Assembly: GCA_030431875.1 (NCBI GenBank)
Contig: JAUIIG010000001.1
Location: 37,539-101,538 of the forward strand
Length of the DNA: 64,000 nt
DNA from: Alphaproteobacteria bacterium
GTDB taxonomy: Bacteria; Pseudomonadota; Alphaproteobacteria; Sphingomonadales; Sphingomonadaceae
Direction: 5' to 3'
The notes under the pieces were generated by a model, which was given only the letters and a program-made list of their open reading frames with translations, was not told the origin of the DNA and did not search any database. Made by a program: the position numbers and the translations under genes. This document shows positions 40,870-53,532 of the stretch, one piece after another. The first letter of the stretch is position 1. Each line of letters opens with the position of its first letter.

Positions 40870-42009
40870 CTATTCCGCCGCTTGCGCATGGGGATCGAAG
40901 GCGACGGCGGTGCCCGCCTCGATCTCGGCAGCCTTGGCTTCCACCAGTTCGACGATGTGGTCGAGCATGGCTTCGCTCTCGACATGGTGGTCGGTAACTC
41001 CCGACAAATAAACCATATGTTTGCCTGCGCCGCCACCGGTAATGCCGATATCGGTTTCGCGCGCTTCGCCGGGGCCATTGACCACGCAGCCGAGGACCGA
41101 AAGGCTCATCGGTGTCTTGATGTGCTCAAGCCGCTTTTCCAGCGCTTCCACCGTGCGGATCACGTCGAAACCCTGCCGCGAGCACGAGGGGCACGAAACC
41201 ACGCGCACACCGCGCGTACGCAGGCCCAGCGCCTTCAGCATCTCGAAGCCGACGCGCACTTCCTGCTCGGGCTCTGCCGATAGCGAGACGCGGATGGTGT
41301 CGCCGATGCCGGCCCACAGCAGCGAACCGATGCCGATCGAGCTTTTCACCGTCCCGCCGATCAGGCCGCCCGCCTCGGTAATGCCGAGGTGCAGCGGGCA
41401 ATCGACCGTTTCGGCAAGGCCGTGGTAGGCCGCCACCGCGAGGAAGACGTCGGACGCCTTCACCGCCACCTTGTATTCGTGGAAGTCGTGGTCCTGCAGC
41501 AGCTTGATGTGATCGAGCGCGGACTCGATCAGCGCCTCGGGGCAGGGCTCGCCGTACTTCTCCAGCAGGTCGCGCTCCAGCGAACCCGCGTTGACGCCAA
41601 TGCGGATCGCGCAGCCGTTGGCCTTGGCCGCGCGTACGACCTCGGCCACGCGTTCGCTCGAGCCGATGTTGCCGGGGTTGATGCGCAGGCAGGCCGCGCC
41701 CTTGTCGGCGGCTTCCAGCGCGCGCTTGTAGTGGAAGTGGATGTCGGCAACGATCGGAATGTTGGCTGCCCTGGTGATCTTGTCGAAGTTCTCGGTCGAT
41801 TCCGCCGTGGGGCAGGACACGCGGATGATATCCGCTCCCACATCCTCGCAGCGGCGGATCTGGTCGATCGTCGCGCTGACGTCCTCGGTGGGGGTGTTGG
41901 TCATGGTCTGCACCGTGATCGGTGCATCGCCACCGACCGGCACATTGCCGACCATGATCTGGCGGGACTTGCGGCGCTCGATATCGCGCCAAGGGCGTAC
42001 GGAAGACAT
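40870..42009 (-). CDS. ispG: (E)-4-hydroxy-3-methylbut-2-enyl-diphosphate synthase
   Basis: [36 protein letters not shown]. Confidence 0.98.
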   Translation of the reverse strand: MSSVRPWRDIERRKSRQIMVGNVPVGGDAPITVQTMTNTPTEDVSATIDQIRRCEDVGADIIRVSCPTAESTENFDKITRAANIPIVADIHFHYKRALEAADKGAACLRINPGNIGSSERVAEVVRAAKANGCAIRIGVNAGSLERDLLEKYGEPCPEALIESALDHIKLLQDHDFHEYKVAVKASDVFLAVAAYHGLAETVDCPLHLGITEAGGLIGGTVKSSIGIGSLLWAGIGDTIRVSLSAEPEQEVRVGFEMLKALGLRTRGVRVVSCPSCSRQGFDVIRTVEALEKRLEHIKTPMSLSVLGCVVNGPGEARETDIGITGGGAGKHMVYLSGVTDHHVESEAMLDHIVELVEAKAAEIEAGTAVAFDPHAQAAE

Positions 42010-42081
42010 GGTGGCGGATATAGGCAAATGCAGATGAAGGGGCAATGACAGCGGCGCGCGATTGCGGCATGGTGCGGGACG

Positions 42082-43122
42082 ATGAACGATCCGCAAATCG
42101 ACGAGCAGGCAGATACCGGCACCGCAGGCAGCGGAGGGGACTGCACCGATGACAATCCCTTGCTGTTTGCCCGCGTGCTCGACGGCGTAGGGGCCGGACG
42201 GGCGCTGACCTGGGAAGAAGCCAGGGCCTGGCGACCCGACGACAACGGCCGGGTCATGTGGGTGCACCTGTGTCGCAACCGCCCGGGTGTCGAGGAATGG
42301 CTGGAAGAGCTCGGCATCCCTGAACCGACTCGCGAACTGCTGGTCAGCGACCGCACCCGTCCACGCGCCTTTCGCGAAGCAGACACACTTGTTGCCACGC
42401 TGCGCGGTATCAATTTCAACCCCGGCGCCGAGCCGGAGGACATGCTGTCCATGCAGATGTGGTGTGACGGCACGCGGCTGCTGACCTTGCGTCGCCATCC
42501 CTTGCAGACGCCGCGACGCGTGCTGGCGATGATCGACCGGCGCGAGGCCGGACCGACCGATGCCGGTGCCCTGATCACCGAGATCACCGAGGCCATGATC
42601 ACCCGCATGAACCGCGCAATCGTCGATATGAACGATCATCTCGACCAGCTGGAGGAGCGACAGGGTAGCGACGAGGCCGAGGAGATGCTCGACAAGATCG
42701 CCTCGATCAGGCGCAATTGCCTGGGGCTGAAACGCCACATGGGGCCCATGCACGAGGCGCTGGAAGCCATGTCCCGCTACGCCCCGCCGTGGTTCGAGGA
42801 ACATGATCGCCGCGAGATCGCCGAGTCCATCGATCGGCTGCGGCGCTATCTCGAAGACCTCGATATCAGCAAGGAAAGCGCGGTCGTCTTGATGGACGAC
42901 ATTCGCGGACGCTCGATTGCACGCAACGAGCAGGCCACCTACCTGCTCACCATCGTGGCGGGGATCTTCCTTCCGCTGGGCTTCATTACCGGCCTGCTGG
43001 GCATCAATGTCGGTGGCATGCCGGGGGTGGATGACGGTGACGCCTTCTGGATCGTCGTCGGCCTGTGCGGCGCAATCATGACCGCCCAACTGCTGCTGTT
43101 CTGGAAATGGCGCTGGCTTTGA
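42082..43122 (+). CDS. ZntB/CorA-family divalent cation transporter
   Basis: [22 protein letters not shown] (GIN signature). Confidence 0.9.
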   Translation: MNDPQIDEQADTGTAGSGGDCTDDNPLLFARVLDGVGAGRALTWEEARAWRPDDNGRVMWVHLCRNRPGVEEWLEELGIPEPTRELLVSDRTRPRAFREADTLVATLRGINFNPGAEPEDMLSMQMWCDGTRLLTLRRHPLQTPRRVLAMIDRREAGPTDAGALITEITEAMITRMNRAIVDMNDHLDQLEERQGSDEAEEMLDKIASIRRNCLGLKRHMGPMHEALEAMSRYAPPWFEEHDRREIAESIDRLRRYLEDLDISKESAVVLMDDIRGRSIARNEQATYLLTIVAGIFLPLGFITGLLGINVGGMPGVDDGDAFWIVVGLCGAIMTAQLLLFWKWRWL

Positions 43123-43137
43123 CGGGGAACTGAACGG

Positions 43138-44895
43138 GTGGAACACGGACACGGCCTGATGTTGCGCGATGCCCTGCTGATGCTGGGTTTTGCCCTTGTG
43201 GCCGTGCTTGCCTTCCGTCGTGCGGGGTTGGGGGCAACGCTCGGCTACCTGCTCGCGGGTGCCCTGCTGGGGCCACACGTTTTCGGTCTCGTCGACGGCG
43301 CGGAAGAAATGGCGACCATTGCCGAACTTGGCATCGTCATGCTGCTGTTCGTCGTGGGGCTGGAGCTGAGTCCGGCGCGGCTGTGGCGGATGAAGTCAGC
43401 CATCTTCGGACTTGGCCTGGCGCAGGTGGTGGCCTGCGGGCTGGCCGTGACGGCGACCATCCTCGCGCTGACCGGTTATACGACAGCCGCCGCGCTCGCC
43501 ATTGGCTTGCCGCTGGGGCTGTCTTCGACCGCGCAGGTGTTGCCCATGTTGCAATCGGCGGGTCGCCTGCGCACACCATTCGGCGAGCGGGCATTCTCGA
43601 TCCTGCTGTTCCAGGACCTGTCGATCATCCCGCTGATCACCATCATCGCCGCGATGAGCCGCAATCCAGCCGCGCAGGACGGCCCCGCGGGTTGGACGCT
43701 GGCGCTGCTGGCGCTGGCGGCAATTGTCGGGCTGATCGCGGCGGGGCGCCTGCTGATCCGCCCGCTGTTCCGGCTGATCGGCGGGCTGGGCGAACGCGAG
43801 CTGTTCATCGTCGCAGCCCTGTTCACCGTGCTTGCCAGCGCGGTGGTGATGCAGTCGCTGGGCCTTTCCGCAGCGCTCGGTGCCTTCATCGCCGGGGTCA
43901 TGCTGGCCGACACGCCTTACCGGCACGAACTGGAGGCGGATATCGAGCCGTTCCGGTCGATCCTGCTGGGCCTGTTCTTCGTTGCCGTGGGCATGATGCT
44001 GGACCTTGGCGTAATCGCCGAGCGGCCAGGCTTCGTGATCGGCTTTGCCGTTCTGCTCATCGTCGTGAAGACGGTCATCATCACCGGGTTGGGGCTGCTG
44101 CTCAAGATGCGTTGGCAAGGCGCACTCGCGCTGGGCCTCCTGCTCAGCCAGGGCGGTGAATTTGCCTTTGTCCTCTATACCCAGGCGCAGCAGGCGCTGC
44201 TGATCGCACCGGAAACGGCCAGCCTGTTCGGCGCGATCGTCACGCTGTCGATGGCTGCCACGCCGCTGCTGATGCTGGCGACCCGCCGCATCCGCCGGAT
44301 CCCCGATGAGGACCAGGGATCGCGTGACGAGCCGCAGGCCGAAGGCGCCCGGGCCATCGTGATCGGTTATGGCCGCTTCGGACAGTCGGTATCGCAGATC
44401 CTGCAGGCGGGCGGGATTTCGGTGACGCTGGTGGATCACAAGGTCTCGCAGATCGACCTGTCGGAACAGTTCGGCAGCAAGGTCTATTTCGGTGACGGCA
44501 GGCGGATCGACCTGTTGCGGCAGGCAGGTGCCGTAGAAGCGCAGCTGATCATGTTCTGCTTCCGCGAAGGGGCGGACGCTTCCCTGCTGCGAGCGGTGCA
44601 CGAGGCCTTCCCCAATGCGGCGCTCTACGTGCGCGGATACGACCGGCGCACGGTGATCGAACTGGCGGGAGGACCTGCCGACTATGTCGTGCGCGAGATG
44701 CTGGAATCGGCCGTTCGCATGGGCTTGCTGGCGCTGGAGAAGGTCGGCCTGAGTGACGAGGAGCTCGACCGGGCCGAGGCGCTGTTCCGCAAGAACGACC
44801 GCGATCGCATGCACGTGCAGATCGAAGGCGGCGATATCTTTGCCGCGCGCGAGATGACCCGCGAGCAGCAAAGGGCGCTGCGCGGCGAGGACTGA
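43138..44895 (+). CDS. CPA2 K+/H+ antiporter (KefB/KefC-like) with KTN domain
   Basis: [28 protein letters not shown]. Confidence 0.92.
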   Translation: MEHGHGLMLRDALLMLGFALVAVLAFRRAGLGATLGYLLAGALLGPHVFGLVDGAEEMATIAELGIVMLLFVVGLELSPARLWRMKSAIFGLGLAQVVACGLAVTATILALTGYTTAAALAIGLPLGLSSTAQVLPMLQSAGRLRTPFGERAFSILLFQDLSIIPLITIIAAMSRNPAAQDGPAGWTLALLALAAIVGLIAAGRLLIRPLFRLIGGLGERELFIVAALFTVLASAVVMQSLGLSAALGAFIAGVMLADTPYRHELEADIEPFRSILLGLFFVAVGMMLDLGVIAERPGFVIGFAVLLIVVKTVIITGLGLLLKMRWQGALALGLLLSQGGEFAFVLYTQAQQALLIAPETASLFGAIVTLSMAATPLLMLATRRIRRIPDEDQGSRDEPQAEGARAIVIGYGRFGQSVSQILQAGGISVTLVDHKVSQIDLSEQFGSKVYFGDGRRIDLLRQAGAVEAQLIMFCFREGADASLLRAVHEAFPNAALYVRGYDRRTVIELAGGPADYVVREMLESAVRMGLLALEKVGLSDEELDRAEALFRKNDRDRMHVQIEGGDIFAAREMTREQQRALRGED

Positions 44896-44916
44896 CGGGC
44901 GGGCGGTCGGCTCGGC

Positions 44917-46170
44917 TTACTCTTCCATGTTGGCCCCCAGCAGGTGCTGCTGCGCGGCAACGACCGGCAGCGGGCGGGCGAACAGGTAGCCTTGGCCGTA
45001 ATCGACCCCCAGGTCCTGCATCACCGCGCGTTCTTCTTCGGTCTCGATACCCTCGGCAACCAGCTTCGCGCCGATATCGCGCGAGAACTGCACCATGGCG
45101 GCCGTTATGGCGCGGCGGGCAGGATCGCGGTCGATGTCGCGGGTCATCAGCATGTCCATCTTGAGGATGTCGGGCTGCAATTCGATCAGGTGGCGCAGGC
45201 CGGAATAACCCGTGCCGACATCGTCGATGGCGATGCGGGCGAAAGGCTTGAGCGCCTCGATTTCGCGGGCGAGGGCGGCGAAGTCTTCCACCTGCTGGTG
45301 TTCGGTGATCTCGATGACGAGGTTCCTGCCACCGGCTTCTTCGAGCACCTTGCGCAAGGCACCGGACATGATCGTGTCGGGCGAGGCATTGATTGCAGCG
45401 TAGATGCCATCGGGCACGGTGCCGACTGTCTCCAGCGCACCGCGCACGGCAGTCATTTCCAGCTCCATTCCGAGGCCGACCTTCTCGGCATCGTCAAACC
45501 AGGCCTGCGGACCGCGCTTGTTGAGATCGGGGAAGCGGGCGAGGCACTCGACACCGACGGCCTTGCCGCTGGCGAGATCGTGGATCGGCTGCTGGAACAT
45601 GGTGACCGCGTGGCCATCCAGCATGGCTTCCACCCGCTTGCGGGCTTCGCGCAGCTCGGCATCTTCGGCCAGCGAGCTTTCGATGCGTTCGCCAACGATC
45701 CCGGCAAAGCTCTTCAGGATATCGAGGTCGCGCTGCGTCATGGTGCGGTCAGGCTTGCGTCCGAGGGCGCAGAAGCTGCCCCAGACGGTGCCGTCGGACA
45801 GGCGCAGCGGGGTGTTGATATGGCAGCCTACCGGCAGGAACTGGGTGATCGTCAGCTCCTGCGTCAGCGGATAGTCGGCCGGATCCTGGATCAGCTCGGG
45901 CAGGCGGCCATTGAGAATGTGCCAGCAATAGCCTTCCTCGCGCGGGTCGCGGAAACCCGGTCCCATCGGCAGGTCGAGGTCGGTGCTGACATGGGTCAGC
46001 TCGCGCTGTTCGTCTTCGACATAGCGCGAGACGAAGGCGATCTCGACGCCAAGGTGGCCGCGGACGGTATTGAGGATGCGTTCGATCGCCGGGTCGTTGA
46101 CCAGTTCGTCGGCCAGCGGGCGCGCTGGTGCCTCGGCGAAGTCGGGCAATTTGAGTGCTAGGGCTCCCAT
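44917..46170 (-). CDS. GAF-EAL c-di-GMP phosphodiesterase
   Basis: GAF domain; QPI, ECLARF, EITE, DDVGTGYS, AEGIET, QGYLF. Confidence 0.9.
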   Translation of the reverse strand: MGALALKLPDFAEAPARPLADELVNDPAIERILNTVRGHLGVEIAFVSRYVEDEQRELTHVSTDLDLPMGPGFRDPREEGYCWHILNGRLPELIQDPADYPLTQELTITQFLPVGCHINTPLRLSDGTVWGSFCALGRKPDRTMTQRDLDILKSFAGIVGERIESSLAEDAELREARKRVEAMLDGHAVTMFQQPIHDLASGKAVGVECLARFPDLNKRGPQAWFDDAEKVGLGMELEMTAVRGALETVGTVPDGIYAAINASPDTIMSGALRKVLEEAGGRNLVIEITEHQQVEDFAALAREIEALKPFARIAIDDVGTGYSGLRHLIELQPDILKMDMLMTRDIDRDPARRAITAAMVQFSRDIGAKLVAEGIETEEERAVMQDLGVDYGQGYLFARPLPVVAAQQHLLGANMEE

Positions 46171-46194
46171 ACCTGCGGATATGGATGAAAAGCC

Positions 46195-46210
46195 CTAAGA
46201 GCGGCTTAAC
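46195..46210. promoter_or_regulatory. CtrA-like box upstream of the GAF-EAL gene
   Basis: CTAA-N7-TTAAC, one mismatch to TTAA-N7-TTAAC. Confidence 0.5.
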
Positions 46211-46728
46211 TAAAGCCGAAGTTCGTAGAGGAATTCCTCGTCGCGTTGTTCACCAACCCAGAAGCCGATATCGGCTATCTTCCCAAAGCCGTAGCGCTGG
46301 TAGAACCGCTGCGCCCCGTAATTCTCGCTCCATACCGATAGCTGGACGGCATCGCATTGCCGTTCACGCGCCAGCTCGAGGCACCAGTCCATCAGCGCCG
46401 CGCCCAGGCCTTCGCCTGTTCGTACGGGATCGGTGTAGAGCTGGCCGAGGCACAGCGGGTTCCTGGCATCCGAATGTTCGCGGTAGGGGCTGGGCTGCTT
46501 CACCTTGATATAGGCCGTCAGTCCGCTGCCGGGGGCATCCTCGGTCAGCTGGTGGCGGATGGCGGGATCGGCGATCTCGGCGGCGACGGCTTCCACCGAA
46601 TAGGCTTCCTGCAGGAAGCTATCGAGGTCCTGCTTGCGATAGAGGTGTTCGAAGGCATGGCAAAAGCTGTCTCGGCCCAACTTGGCGAGAGACTCGGCAT
46701 CTTCCGGAACGGCGTCGCGCAGGATCAC
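46210..46728 (-). CDS. GNAT N-acetyltransferase (PaiA/SSAT-like)
   Basis: LYT...GEGLG..LM, LSVWSEN..AQRFYQRYGF. Confidence 0.88.
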   Translation of the reverse strand: MILRDAVPEDAESLAKLGRDSFCHAFEHLYRKQDLDSFLQEAYSVEAVAAEIADPAIRHQLTEDAPGSGLTAYIKVKQPSPYREHSDARNPLCLGQLYTDPVRTGEGLGAALMDWCLELARERQCDAVQLSVWSENYGAQRFYQRYGFGKIADIGFWVGEQRDEEFLYELRL

Positions 46729-47624
46729 GAATATTTGTCGCGCTTGCGTTTGCCGAAGCGCATGCCCGATTCGAGATGACCGCGCAGGGCAGCGTAGAAG
46801 GCTTCGAGGAACTGGCGTTCATCGCCGGCACCCAGCTGCCAGCCGATCTTGGTGGTGATGGCCTCTGCCACTTCGCGCAAGCTCTCGGGCCGGTTCTGCC
46901 GCAGCACGCCTTCCAGCACCTGCAATTCGTGTTCGCCGTAGACCGACAGTTCGGCCTCGCCGAAGCGGTATTCGGACGAGCGGTCGGGCGCCAGCGACAT
47001 GGCTTCCTTCAGCTTGGCCTGCTTGGCCTCGACCACCCAGGTGCCCGCAACAATGTCTCCCGCGCGCAGCGCATCCTTGTTGAACACGGGGAACAGCACG
47101 AAGATCGCCAGCCAGATGAAGGCGGCAAAGCCGGAAACACCGGCGAAGGCACCACCGCCGAACAGGAAGACGCTGGGCAGGAATACCTCGACATCGCGCA
47201 CCAGGTTGCGGGCGATCACCATCTCGGCGGTAAGCCGTCCGCCGTCGCGCGCGGCAACGCGAAGGCCGACCAGCCGCTTGCCCGGCGTGGCCGCGCGCGG
47301 CCCCAGCTCGAACCACAGGAAGTATCCATAGCGGGAGAGGAACACCAACATGATCAGCATGACCACGATGAACTGCAACACCGGCGAGCTTTCGACGTCG
47401 CCCTCGCTCAAGCCAAGTACCCCAAGGCCGAAGGCATAGATCAGCAGGAAGACCGCGATGAACCCCAGCAGCAGGATCACAAGGTCGAGGATCAGCGCAC
47501 CGGCGCGGGCACCCTTGCTGCCGACGGTCAGCGGCAGGGCGAGGCCTTCCGGCGTAATCAGCATGCGCGAACGCTTGGACAGGTCGCGATGGAGCACGGG
47601 GCGATTGACGGTGCTCTCGCTCAT
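46725..47624 (-). CDS. RDD family protein
   Basis: TPEG, RAGALILD, TPGKRLVGLRV, GDIVAGTWVV. Confidence 0.88.
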   Translation of the reverse strand: MSESTVNRPVLHRDLSKRSRMLITPEGLALPLTVGSKGARAGALILDLVILLLGFIAVFLLIYAFGLGVLGLSEGDVESSPVLQFIVVMLIMLVFLSRYGYFLWFELGPRAATPGKRLVGLRVAARDGGRLTAEMVIARNLVRDVEVFLPSVFLFGGGAFAGVSGFAAFIWLAIFVLFPVFNKDALRAGDIVAGTWVVEAKQAKLKEAMSLAPDRSSEYRFGEAELSVYGEHELQVLEGVLRQNRPESLREVAEAITTKIGWQLGAGDERQFLEAFYAALRGHLESGMRFGKRKRDKYS

Positions 47625-48670
47625 GTCTCGTGCTCCTGCGGCTTGGGCACGAAGGCGAAGTAGAGCACCCAGAAGGCCAGCATGACCCCACCGATGGTGT
47701 AGCGCGAGCCCATGTCACCCACCAGCTGGCGGGCGTAACCTTCCAGCAGGCCGGCCACGATCAGCATGATGGTACAGCCGGCCATGACCTGGGCGGCGCG
47801 CACACCGGCGTGGCGCATGGCGGACAGGATCGACCGCTTGCCGGGAAAGGCCATGGTGCGGCCTACATGCATGCCCGCCGCGCCGGAAAGCAGGATGGCA
47901 CCGATCTCTGTCGTGCCGTGGACGCTCAGCCAGGCACCGAATTCCCAGCCGAGCCCGGCATCGGCAAAGACCCACAGCATCGCGCCGAGCAGGGCCATGT
48001 TGTAGACCAACAGCAGCAGGGTGGGGATGCCGAAGCAGAAGCCCAGCGCGAAGGCCATGATGCACACGCCGGTATTGTTTGAAAACAGGTAGGCGGCAAA
48101 GACGCCGAGGCCGTTGGCGTCTTCCGTGGTCGCCAGCGTTTCCCGCAAGACTTCGGGATCGGCGCCCGGAACGCGGCCGCCCGACATGCCTCCGGGCACC
48201 AGCGAGAAGAACCAGCTTTCGTCGCGTTCCACCAGCAGCCAGCCGACAACCGTGCCTGCCAGCATGACGGCGAAGGCGATGCAGATGTCGAGCCAGATGG
48301 CGCGGATCGATGCGCTCCAGCCGCCGCCGAGGAAGTAGCGCAGCCAGCCGCTGAGGCCGATGCGTGGGCCGTAGATCTGGAACCAGGCGCGGCGCACCAG
48401 TGCCTCGAGATAGCTCAAGGTTGCTGCATCGAGCGAAGTCTCGCGCGCCACGGCCAGTGAAGATGCAGTCTTGCGATAGAGCACCGGCAGTTCGAGCAGG
48501 TCGTCGTCGCTGATCCGCTTCGGGCGGTTCTTTTCCAGGGCGGTGACGATGGCCTCGAGCCGCTGCCAGTCGACCTCGCGTTCCAGCCGGAACTTGTCGG
48601 ACCGCAGCGAGGCCGCCTCGATATCGGCGGGCGGCTCGATCTCAGCCTTGGAGAACAGGGTAAGTGCCAT
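47621..48670 (-). CDS. SpoIIM/DUF95-family membrane protein
   Basis: FSNN, VHGTTEI, AGLLEG. Confidence 0.88.
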   Translation of the reverse strand: MALTLFSKAEIEPPADIEAASLRSDKFRLEREVDWQRLEAIVTALEKNRPKRISDDDLLELPVLYRKTASSLAVARETSLDAATLSYLEALVRRAWFQIYGPRIGLSGWLRYFLGGGWSASIRAIWLDICIAFAVMLAGTVVGWLLVERDESWFFSLVPGGMSGGRVPGADPEVLRETLATTEDANGLGVFAAYLFSNNTGVCIMAFALGFCFGIPTLLLLVYNMALLGAMLWVFADAGLGWEFGAWLSVHGTTEIGAILLSGAAGMHVGRTMAFPGKRSILSAMRHAGVRAAQVMAGCTIMLIVAGLLEGYARQLVGDMGSRYTIGGVMLAFWVLYFAFVPKPQEHET

Positions 48671-50034
48671 CAGCCGATTGCCTCCGCCCGCTTTGTTTCA
48701 AGGTAGAGGTCGATCAGGCGATAACCGATGGTCTCGTGCCGTGCTTCGATCACGTTGACGCCGAGGCGGCGCAGGCGCGTCAGTACCAGTTGCCGCTGGC
48801 GATGCAGCGCATCGGCCCCCACGGCGACGGCGATATCTCTCATGCTGTCGGGATCGGCCTCGGTCAGTTCCTCAAGTTCGGTGTCGACCAGGGTGACGAA
48901 GATCACCAGGTGATGCCGCACCAGCCGCTCGACGCTTTCGACCATGAGTTCGGCCGAGGTCGGGTCGGCAAAGTCGGAGAACAGCACGATCAGGCTGCGG
49001 CGCTTGAGCCGGGCGGTGAGCGTCGCGAGTGCCAAGGTGAAGTTGGGTTCACGCGGGATGTAGTCGAGCTCTGCCGCCGCGCTCTGCAAGCGGTGGAAGG
49101 CGCGGGTGTCGGTGACGAAGGGCGTCATCAATTGCGGGTGGTCGGCAAAACCGAACAGGCTCACCTTGTCACCGCCCTTCAGCGCGACATAGCTCGCCAT
49201 CAGCGCGGCGGAGACAGCGCGGTCGATGCGGGGCAGGCCATCGACGGGCTCGCACATCGACTGGCCGCAATCGAAGGCGAAGACGATCTGGTTGTCGCGT
49301 TCGGCCTCGTTCTCGCGGGCGTAAAGTGCGGTGTGGCGGGCCGAAGCCTTCCAGTCGATGCGGCGGCGATCCATGCCGGCTTCGTATTCGGACAGCGCCT
49401 CGAACTGGGTGCCTTCGCCGCGGATACGGCGGGCAACGAGGCCGAACTGGGCATCGCGCAGAAAGCTCTGCAGGACGGGAGAGCGGACCGGCGAGAGGTC
49501 CGGCCAGACACGGATGCCGGCGTCGAGCGTCGAATGTTTCTGCCGCACGGCCAGGCCCAGCGGACCGCGCCAGCGCAGCCACAGGTCGTACAATTCGCCG
49601 GGGCCACGACGGACCGGCACGGCCTCGCCGTTTCCGACAAACATCCCGGCTTCCCCGGTCGGCTGAAGCTTGAACAGCGCCGTGCCGCCCTCGCCAAGTC
49701 GCGGATCGAAACCGATGGCGGCTTCGGGCAGGGCGGCGTCGCTGTCGCGCTCGATTTCTGCTTCGACGCGGATCAGGGCCGTCTGGCCCACTTCCGCATC
49801 AGCCGGGACATAGTAGGCGAAATTGACCAGCTTGCCCGCCAGCCAACCATCCAGCACCGCAAGGAACAGCAATGCCAGGCCCGCCGCCGGGGCGACGATC
49901 CAGGCATTGGGTGCGGTTGCCGCCACCACCACGGCCACCGGCGCGAGCAGGGCCAGCAGCCCCAGCGCCAGCGGGGTCGGCACGATGGGGACCGGCGGCA
50001 GGTTCGCCAGGAAGGGGATGCGCGGCAGTTTCAC
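48670..50034 (-). CDS. DUF58 (vWA-like) protein
   Basis: GEGTQFEALSEY, IDWKASAR, DCGQSM, LFSD. Confidence 0.88.
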   Translation of the reverse strand: MKLPRIPFLANLPPVPIVPTPLALGLLALLAPVAVVVAATAPNAWIVAPAAGLALLFLAVLDGWLAGKLVNFAYYVPADAEVGQTALIRVEAEIERDSDAALPEAAIGFDPRLGEGGTALFKLQPTGEAGMFVGNGEAVPVRRGPGELYDLWLRWRGPLGLAVRQKHSTLDAGIRVWPDLSPVRSPVLQSFLRDAQFGLVARRIRGEGTQFEALSEYEAGMDRRRIDWKASARHTALYARENEAERDNQIVFAFDCGQSMCEPVDGLPRIDRAVSAALMASYVALKGGDKVSLFGFADHPQLMTPFVTDTRAFHRLQSAAAELDYIPREPNFTLALATLTARLKRRSLIVLFSDFADPTSAELMVESVERLVRHHLVIFVTLVDTELEELTEADPDSMRDIAVAVGADALHRQRQLVLTRLRRLGVNVIEARHETIGYRLIDLYLETKRAEAIG

Positions 50035-50038
50035 GGGG

Positions 50039-50997
<959 letters not shown>

Positions 50998-51001
<4 letters not shown>

Positions 51002-52251
51002 TTTGTCAGCGTCCTTTCAAATGTCCGTAAGCGCTGCGCTGCGCGAATGATGTCGCGCGGGCGGCTGGCCTCGCGCAGGTCCCCTGCGAGGCGAGAGAAG
51101 GGCGGGCCGTCATGGCCGCGTTTCTGAAGTGCATTGTCGATGGCGACTTCGCGCGAATCGTGATCGCCGATCCTGAGGCCCAGCGCGCTCGCCACGCGGC
51201 GGCCGACCATGTCCTCGTAAGGCTGCTTGAGCAGGTGCCAGCGCTTGACGCGTTCAAGCAGGGCGGCGCCGTTGCGCGCCAGTTGCCGCTTGCCCTGCGC
51301 CATGGCCGGAGCCTCTGCCACCGGCGGGCCGAAGCGGCGGAAGGCGCGCCAGGCGATCACCAGCGCGGCCAGGATCATGCACAGCGTGGCGGCGAGGAAG
51401 GGCGGCTCGAAGGCGAGGGTCAGCAGGTTGTCGCTGGCGCCGAGGCCGTTGAGCGTCAGGTCGAACTGCACCGGCATGCCGCTGTCTTCGGTGGCGATGG
51501 CGATCAGGTCGAGCGCTAGCCGCGCTCGCTCCTCGTCCGCCATGCCGTAATTGTTCAGCAGGTCCGGTTCGAACACGACAATGATCGGCCAAGGGTCGTA
51601 ATATTCGTAATCGCCGGGCGCTTCGACCTGCGCCACCAGCACGTCACCCTCGTCATCAACAACCATGGCGCGCAACTTGGTCTCGGGCTGGGTGGTCAGG
51701 GCCTGGACGACATCCTCGTCAGGCAAGTCACCGCTGCGGGCCAGACCTTGCCAGCCGCCGGTCTCGCCCACCGATAGTTCGGCGCCGTCGCCGATCTCGA
51801 GCCCGGCAAACCATTCGGGCGAATCCGGACCCATCAGCATCACCCAGCCGTCCTCGGCCTCCACTCCGGGCGCGTCAGGCACGGGGAAGGCGATCCATTT
51901 GGGCAGGACCAGCAAGGTCGGCCCGATGGCACTTTCGCGCCGGGTCTCGATGATCTCGTCGATCTCTTCGTGGTCGCTCCAGATCGGCGGCGTCAGGACA
52001 AGCAGGCCGTAGTCGTTGTTGCCGCTGGGATTGCGCGACAGGCTGACTTCGTGGCCGGTTTCCTCAAGCAGGGTGGCGAGGCCGGAATAGCCGTTCAGCC
52101 CGTTGGCGGCGGCGTGGCTGCCACCATTGCGCTCGTCGTCGCCGTTCCAGCCTTGCCCCAGTGCGTAGAGCAGCAGGAGGAAGGCCAGCGCGCCGACCAC
52201 CAGCAGGCCGAGCACCACCGCGGGGCGGAAAGGATTGGCCGCCCGGCTCAT
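50998..52251 (-). CDS. DUF4350-like membrane/periplasmic protein
   Basis: N-terminal TM helix, LLVLPKW, second TM helix then RFGP. Confidence 0.75.
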
Positions 52252-52925
52252 GATCCGATGGCCTTTTGCGCGAGGGCGAAATCGGCATAGGCCGCGCGGG
52301 CTGCCTGCCAGTCATCCTGGCTCAGCTTGCGCAAGGCGAACAGGCTGCGTTCCACCGGCGCGGCGATCAGGGCAAAGGCGTTGCGTGCGGCTTCGGGCAG
52401 GCGCGGCTCGCTGGCCAGTTCGCGCGCCGTGCTGCTCGGCTCGACCAGGTCGGGCCGCGCCTCGGCAATCTGGCCCACCGAACGCTTCAGCAGCAGGTGG
52501 GTGGCTTCGTCGTAGTCACCCGATGCAGCCAATCGGTCCGCTTCCTCCAGCAGGGCGAGCGCCGCGGTCTCTTCGGGCACCCATTCCTCTGCCTTGGCAC
52601 CGGATTTCCTGCCGCGTGCCTTGCGACCGAAGGTGCCGGGGGCATAGGCGTTGATCAGGAAGTAGGCGACGATCAGGATGGCGGCGCCGATCAGCACCCA
52701 TTGCAGCACCGGCCAGATGGCGACGAGGAAGCGTCCAATCGGGGCGAAAACGTCTGCCAGCCACTGGACCAGCTCGGACAGCCAGTCCGGCGGAGGTTCC
52801 GCCTGGGCTTCGGGTAGTTCGACGGGGCTGAACTGGATATCGCCGTCAGCACGCATCTCGCGCCATGCGCTTGCGACATCGTCGCCTTGCGCCGGCAGCG
52901 CTTCATTCCCCTGACCCGTTGTCAC
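52248..52925 (-). CDS. DUF4129-like membrane protein
   Basis: One TM helix; A..LA..G.Y.EA, TAREL, VERSLF; start uncertain (GTG at 52925). Confidence 0.72.
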   Translation of the reverse strand: MTTGQGNEALPAQGDDVASAWREMRADGDIQFSPVELPEAQAEPPPDWLSELVQWLADVFAPIGRFLVAIWPVLQWVLIGAAILIVAYFLINAYAPGTFGRKARGRKSGAKAEEWVPEETAALALLEEADRLAASGDYDEATHLLLKRSVGQIAEARPDLVEPSSTARELASEPRLPEAARNAFALIAAPVERSLFALRKLSQDDWQAARAAYADFALAQKAIGS

Positions 52926-53040
52926 GCTGCCATTGTTTGCACGGGCTTCGACGCGACGCAACGCCTGCCTTGGGATAGGGTGCACAAAAGTGCTCTCGCC
53001 CCGTTATGATACGGATATCGCGGCCAAATCGGGCAGGTCG

Positions 53041-53532
53041 CTAGAGGTCCAGCCCCATGCAAGTGCTGAAATCGTCGATCACGTAGTCGGCATAGGCATC
53101 GCATGGCACGAAGCCGTGCTTGCGATAGAGCGCGTGGGCCGGTTCGAAGACGGGGCCTTGCCCTGTTTCGAGACCCAGCCAGGTCAGTCCAGCGGCCCGT
53201 GCTTCGGCAACCAGGTGCAGCAGGATGGCCTCGCCCGCGCCGGTGCCACGCCAGCCGTCGGCTGCGCGCATGGACTTTACCTCGCCTTCGGTGCCGCCCA
53301 GCCGCTTGAGCGCACCAACCGCGGCCAGTTCCCCGTCGACGCGCGCGGCATAGAAGGTGACACCCGGCTCTTTCAGCCGCGCGGCATCCAGCGCATGGAC
53401 TTTGCAGGCTGGCGAATTGGCATGCATTTCCTCGAGGTGCCGCTCCAGCAGGGCAAGCACGTCCGCCGATTCGAGCGGGTCGGGACCGATGGTGAAGGCC
53501 GCCGGTGGCAGCTTGCGGCTTTGCCCGGCCAT
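53041..53532 (-). CDS. GNAT N-acetyltransferase (YsnE-like)
   Basis: GEVKSMR, RGTGAG, LETG...LYRKHGF; TGATG coupling to pheA. Confidence 0.88.
   Translation of the reverse strand: MAGQSRKLPPAAFTIGPDPLESADVLALLERHLEEMHANSPACKVHALDAARLKEPGVTFYAARVDGELAAVGALKRLGGTEGEVKSMRAADGWRGTGAGEAILLHLVAEARAAGLTWLGLETGQGPVFEPAHALYRKHGFVPCDAYADYVIDDFSTCMGLDL

Noticed and set aside
46210-46728. GNAT as the missing YjhQ antitoxin (also the GNAT at 53041-53532)
   Set aside because: Both lie about 39-46 kb from yjhX, are coupled to other operons, and show no specific YjhQ features I can recognise
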